From positions 1 through 61,523 of the forward strand of contig CAYMDN010000004.1 in the NCBI GenBank assembly GCA_964389545.1: a stretch of 61,523 nt of DNA, read 5' to 3'. The notes below the pieces were generated by a model that saw only the letters and a list, made by a program, of their open reading frames with translations, was not told the DNA's origin and searched no databases. Shown here piece after piece: positions 61,001-61,523 of this stretch (positions are counted from its first letter, which is position 1; each line of letters starts with the position of its first letter). Source of the stretch: an uncultured Clostridium sp. (GTDB lineage Bacteria > Bacillota > Clostridia > TANB77 > CAG-508). Position numbers and translations under genes: made by a program.

Positions 61001-61523
61001 TTGTTCTAATTTTTTTTCTGTTTCTATTTTTCTAACTCTATATTTTACTATTCCTGCTGCTTCTTCAAATATATGACGTCTGTCTTCTGATTTATTGCTT
61101 AGTATTTCGTCTATTTTTCCTTGTCCTATAATTGAGTATCCATCTCTACCAATACCTGTATCCATTAATAGTTCTAGTATGTCTTTTAGTCTGCATGGGG
61201 CTTTGTTTATGAAATATCCTGTTTCTCCGCTTCTGTATATTCTTCTGGTTATAACTACTTCTGAGTATTCTATCTGTAATTCGCCATCTGTATTATCAAT
61301 AACAATAGTGGCTTCTGCAAATCCAAGTGATTTACGGTTTTCTGTTCCAGCAAAAATAACGTCTTCAGATTTTGCACCTCTTAAAGACTTTATACTTTGC
61401 TCTCCTAAAACCCATCTAATGCTATCTGCTATGTTACTTTTACCTGATCCGTTTGGTCCAATAACAGTTGTAATACCGGGCATGAATTCTAGTACGGTTT
61501 TATCTGCAAATGATTTAAATCCT
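58013..61523 (-). CDS. smc: Chromosome segregation protein SMC (start lies just outside the window)
   Basis: GFKSFAD at the edge, GPNGSGKSN, hinge GRASFLP, LSGGEK, LDEIEAALD. Confidence 0.97.
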   Translation of the reverse strand, partial: GFKSFADKTVLEFMPGITTVIGPNGSGKSNIADSIRWVLGEQSIKSLRGAKSEDVIFAGTENRKSLGFAEATIVIDNTDGELQIEYSEVVITRRIYRSGETGYFINKAPCRLKDILELLMDTGIGRDGYSIIGQGKIDEILSNKSEDRRHIFEEAAGIVKYRVRKIETEKKLEQTKLNLLRINDILTEIEDKIDPLKEQSEKAKKYLNLRDELKSIEIGLFVYNIENYKAKIEELTNSINIMASQKNDEDARLSVLQNLKENLKNELEEITTEIEETQNLGFETGKKQEQITSQINIATEKIINNKLNYESYLKEITELEARNKTLEEDKTSKLAKKDNLSNERERFSKQLEEKQAKLDELTKQLSAEEIEIEEKKKKVDENAEIKYEKREAISIAETNNENFIKRGKTLENEISSTISELDQKRLLKSDISKTFAEKENQRKIQKERLETTNTQKQESTEKIKVFEDKINALTDELRVKDSKLKFLADMEKEKEGYSKAVKSILQEYENKNGVHGVLANLITVPKEYQVAIEMALGSTLQNIVTDTEDDAKKIIEYLRTNNLGRASFLPISSVKPNNIEKLITSGIQGVIGIADTLIKVNEEYKDIIANLLGKTVVVEDIETAIALAKQNKYAFKIVTLKGDIITPSGSITGGSVTQKGKNIIGRKLQIDELEKEVKTLKKQIDQETAEKEKYEKPLEALLEEIGALEQQVQETEIEYATEKQRLSSLEESITKLEEKLQSLKIEKVELDKNKIENEEAIKKYNQEIETLDTETNNLSKIIDEFANKNKENQKIIDDLNFDVTNLKISLTSFDESNNSMQEIIDRINNEITNNSNNAEKKRAQRAQIVEQNKQLQGTIVQSKAEIERIKLAVTNSSEIIEKLKSERTTKNEKIAKNDKDIDEKYNIIEDLKNEISKLEFRKSKNELELEQIVNKMWEDYEMTPNNVGDYKKPSDLAETTKRVKQLREGIKELGDININSIEEYKKTRERYDFMCEQRLDLENSSSKLRDVITEMTQIMQDQFANQFKIINKNFEEVFKELFGGGKAELILTDEANILESGIDIEVQPPGKKLQNMSLLSGGEKAFTAIALLFAILRINPAPFCVLDEIEAALDEVNVYRFADYLKKYTHQTQFLVITHRKGTMEAADTVYGITMEEKGISKLLSMKLK

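Overview
AT-rich chromosomal segment from a spore-forming Clostridia-like firmicute (rlmD, ytvI, pyk, mgtA, cotJABC, mltG, smc; most genes on the minus strand). Two things stand out. (1) Four otherwise intact genes (ytvI, mgtA, an SDR with two sites, a SipW-type signal peptidase) are broken at five points. At every point the last in-frame codon is CGG, and skipping its C gives a Gly codon (GGN) that restores the frame, three times exactly at a conserved motif glycine. My manual scan found no in-frame CGG in any intact AT-rich gene; the only others are three in one GC-rich, apparently foreign gene. This suggests CGG acts as a +1 frameshift signal or four-base Gly codon in this organism. A systematic assembly error is the main alternative. 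(2) The spore-coat gene cotJC is split inside its ..GTE-E-LAH.. motif by a 27.2 kb element. The element encodes a large serine recombinase behind a sigmaE-like promoter, has a symmetric att junction around a GA dinucleotide, and carries a SipW/TasA-like surface-fibre cluster, a 2498-aa adhesin-like protein and a membrane-anchored McrB-like ATPase rather than phage genes. Also present: an 848-aa protein with eight tandem HTH-like repeats and a sigma-like tail, a Fic toxin with an unannotated antitoxin, a GC-rich PemK-like gene with an attenuator-like leader, an RHS remnant with immunity-like genes, and two tandem ECF sigma/anti-sigma pairs. No rRNA, tRNA or CRISPR array was seen. All family calls come from motif recognition by eye, not database searches.
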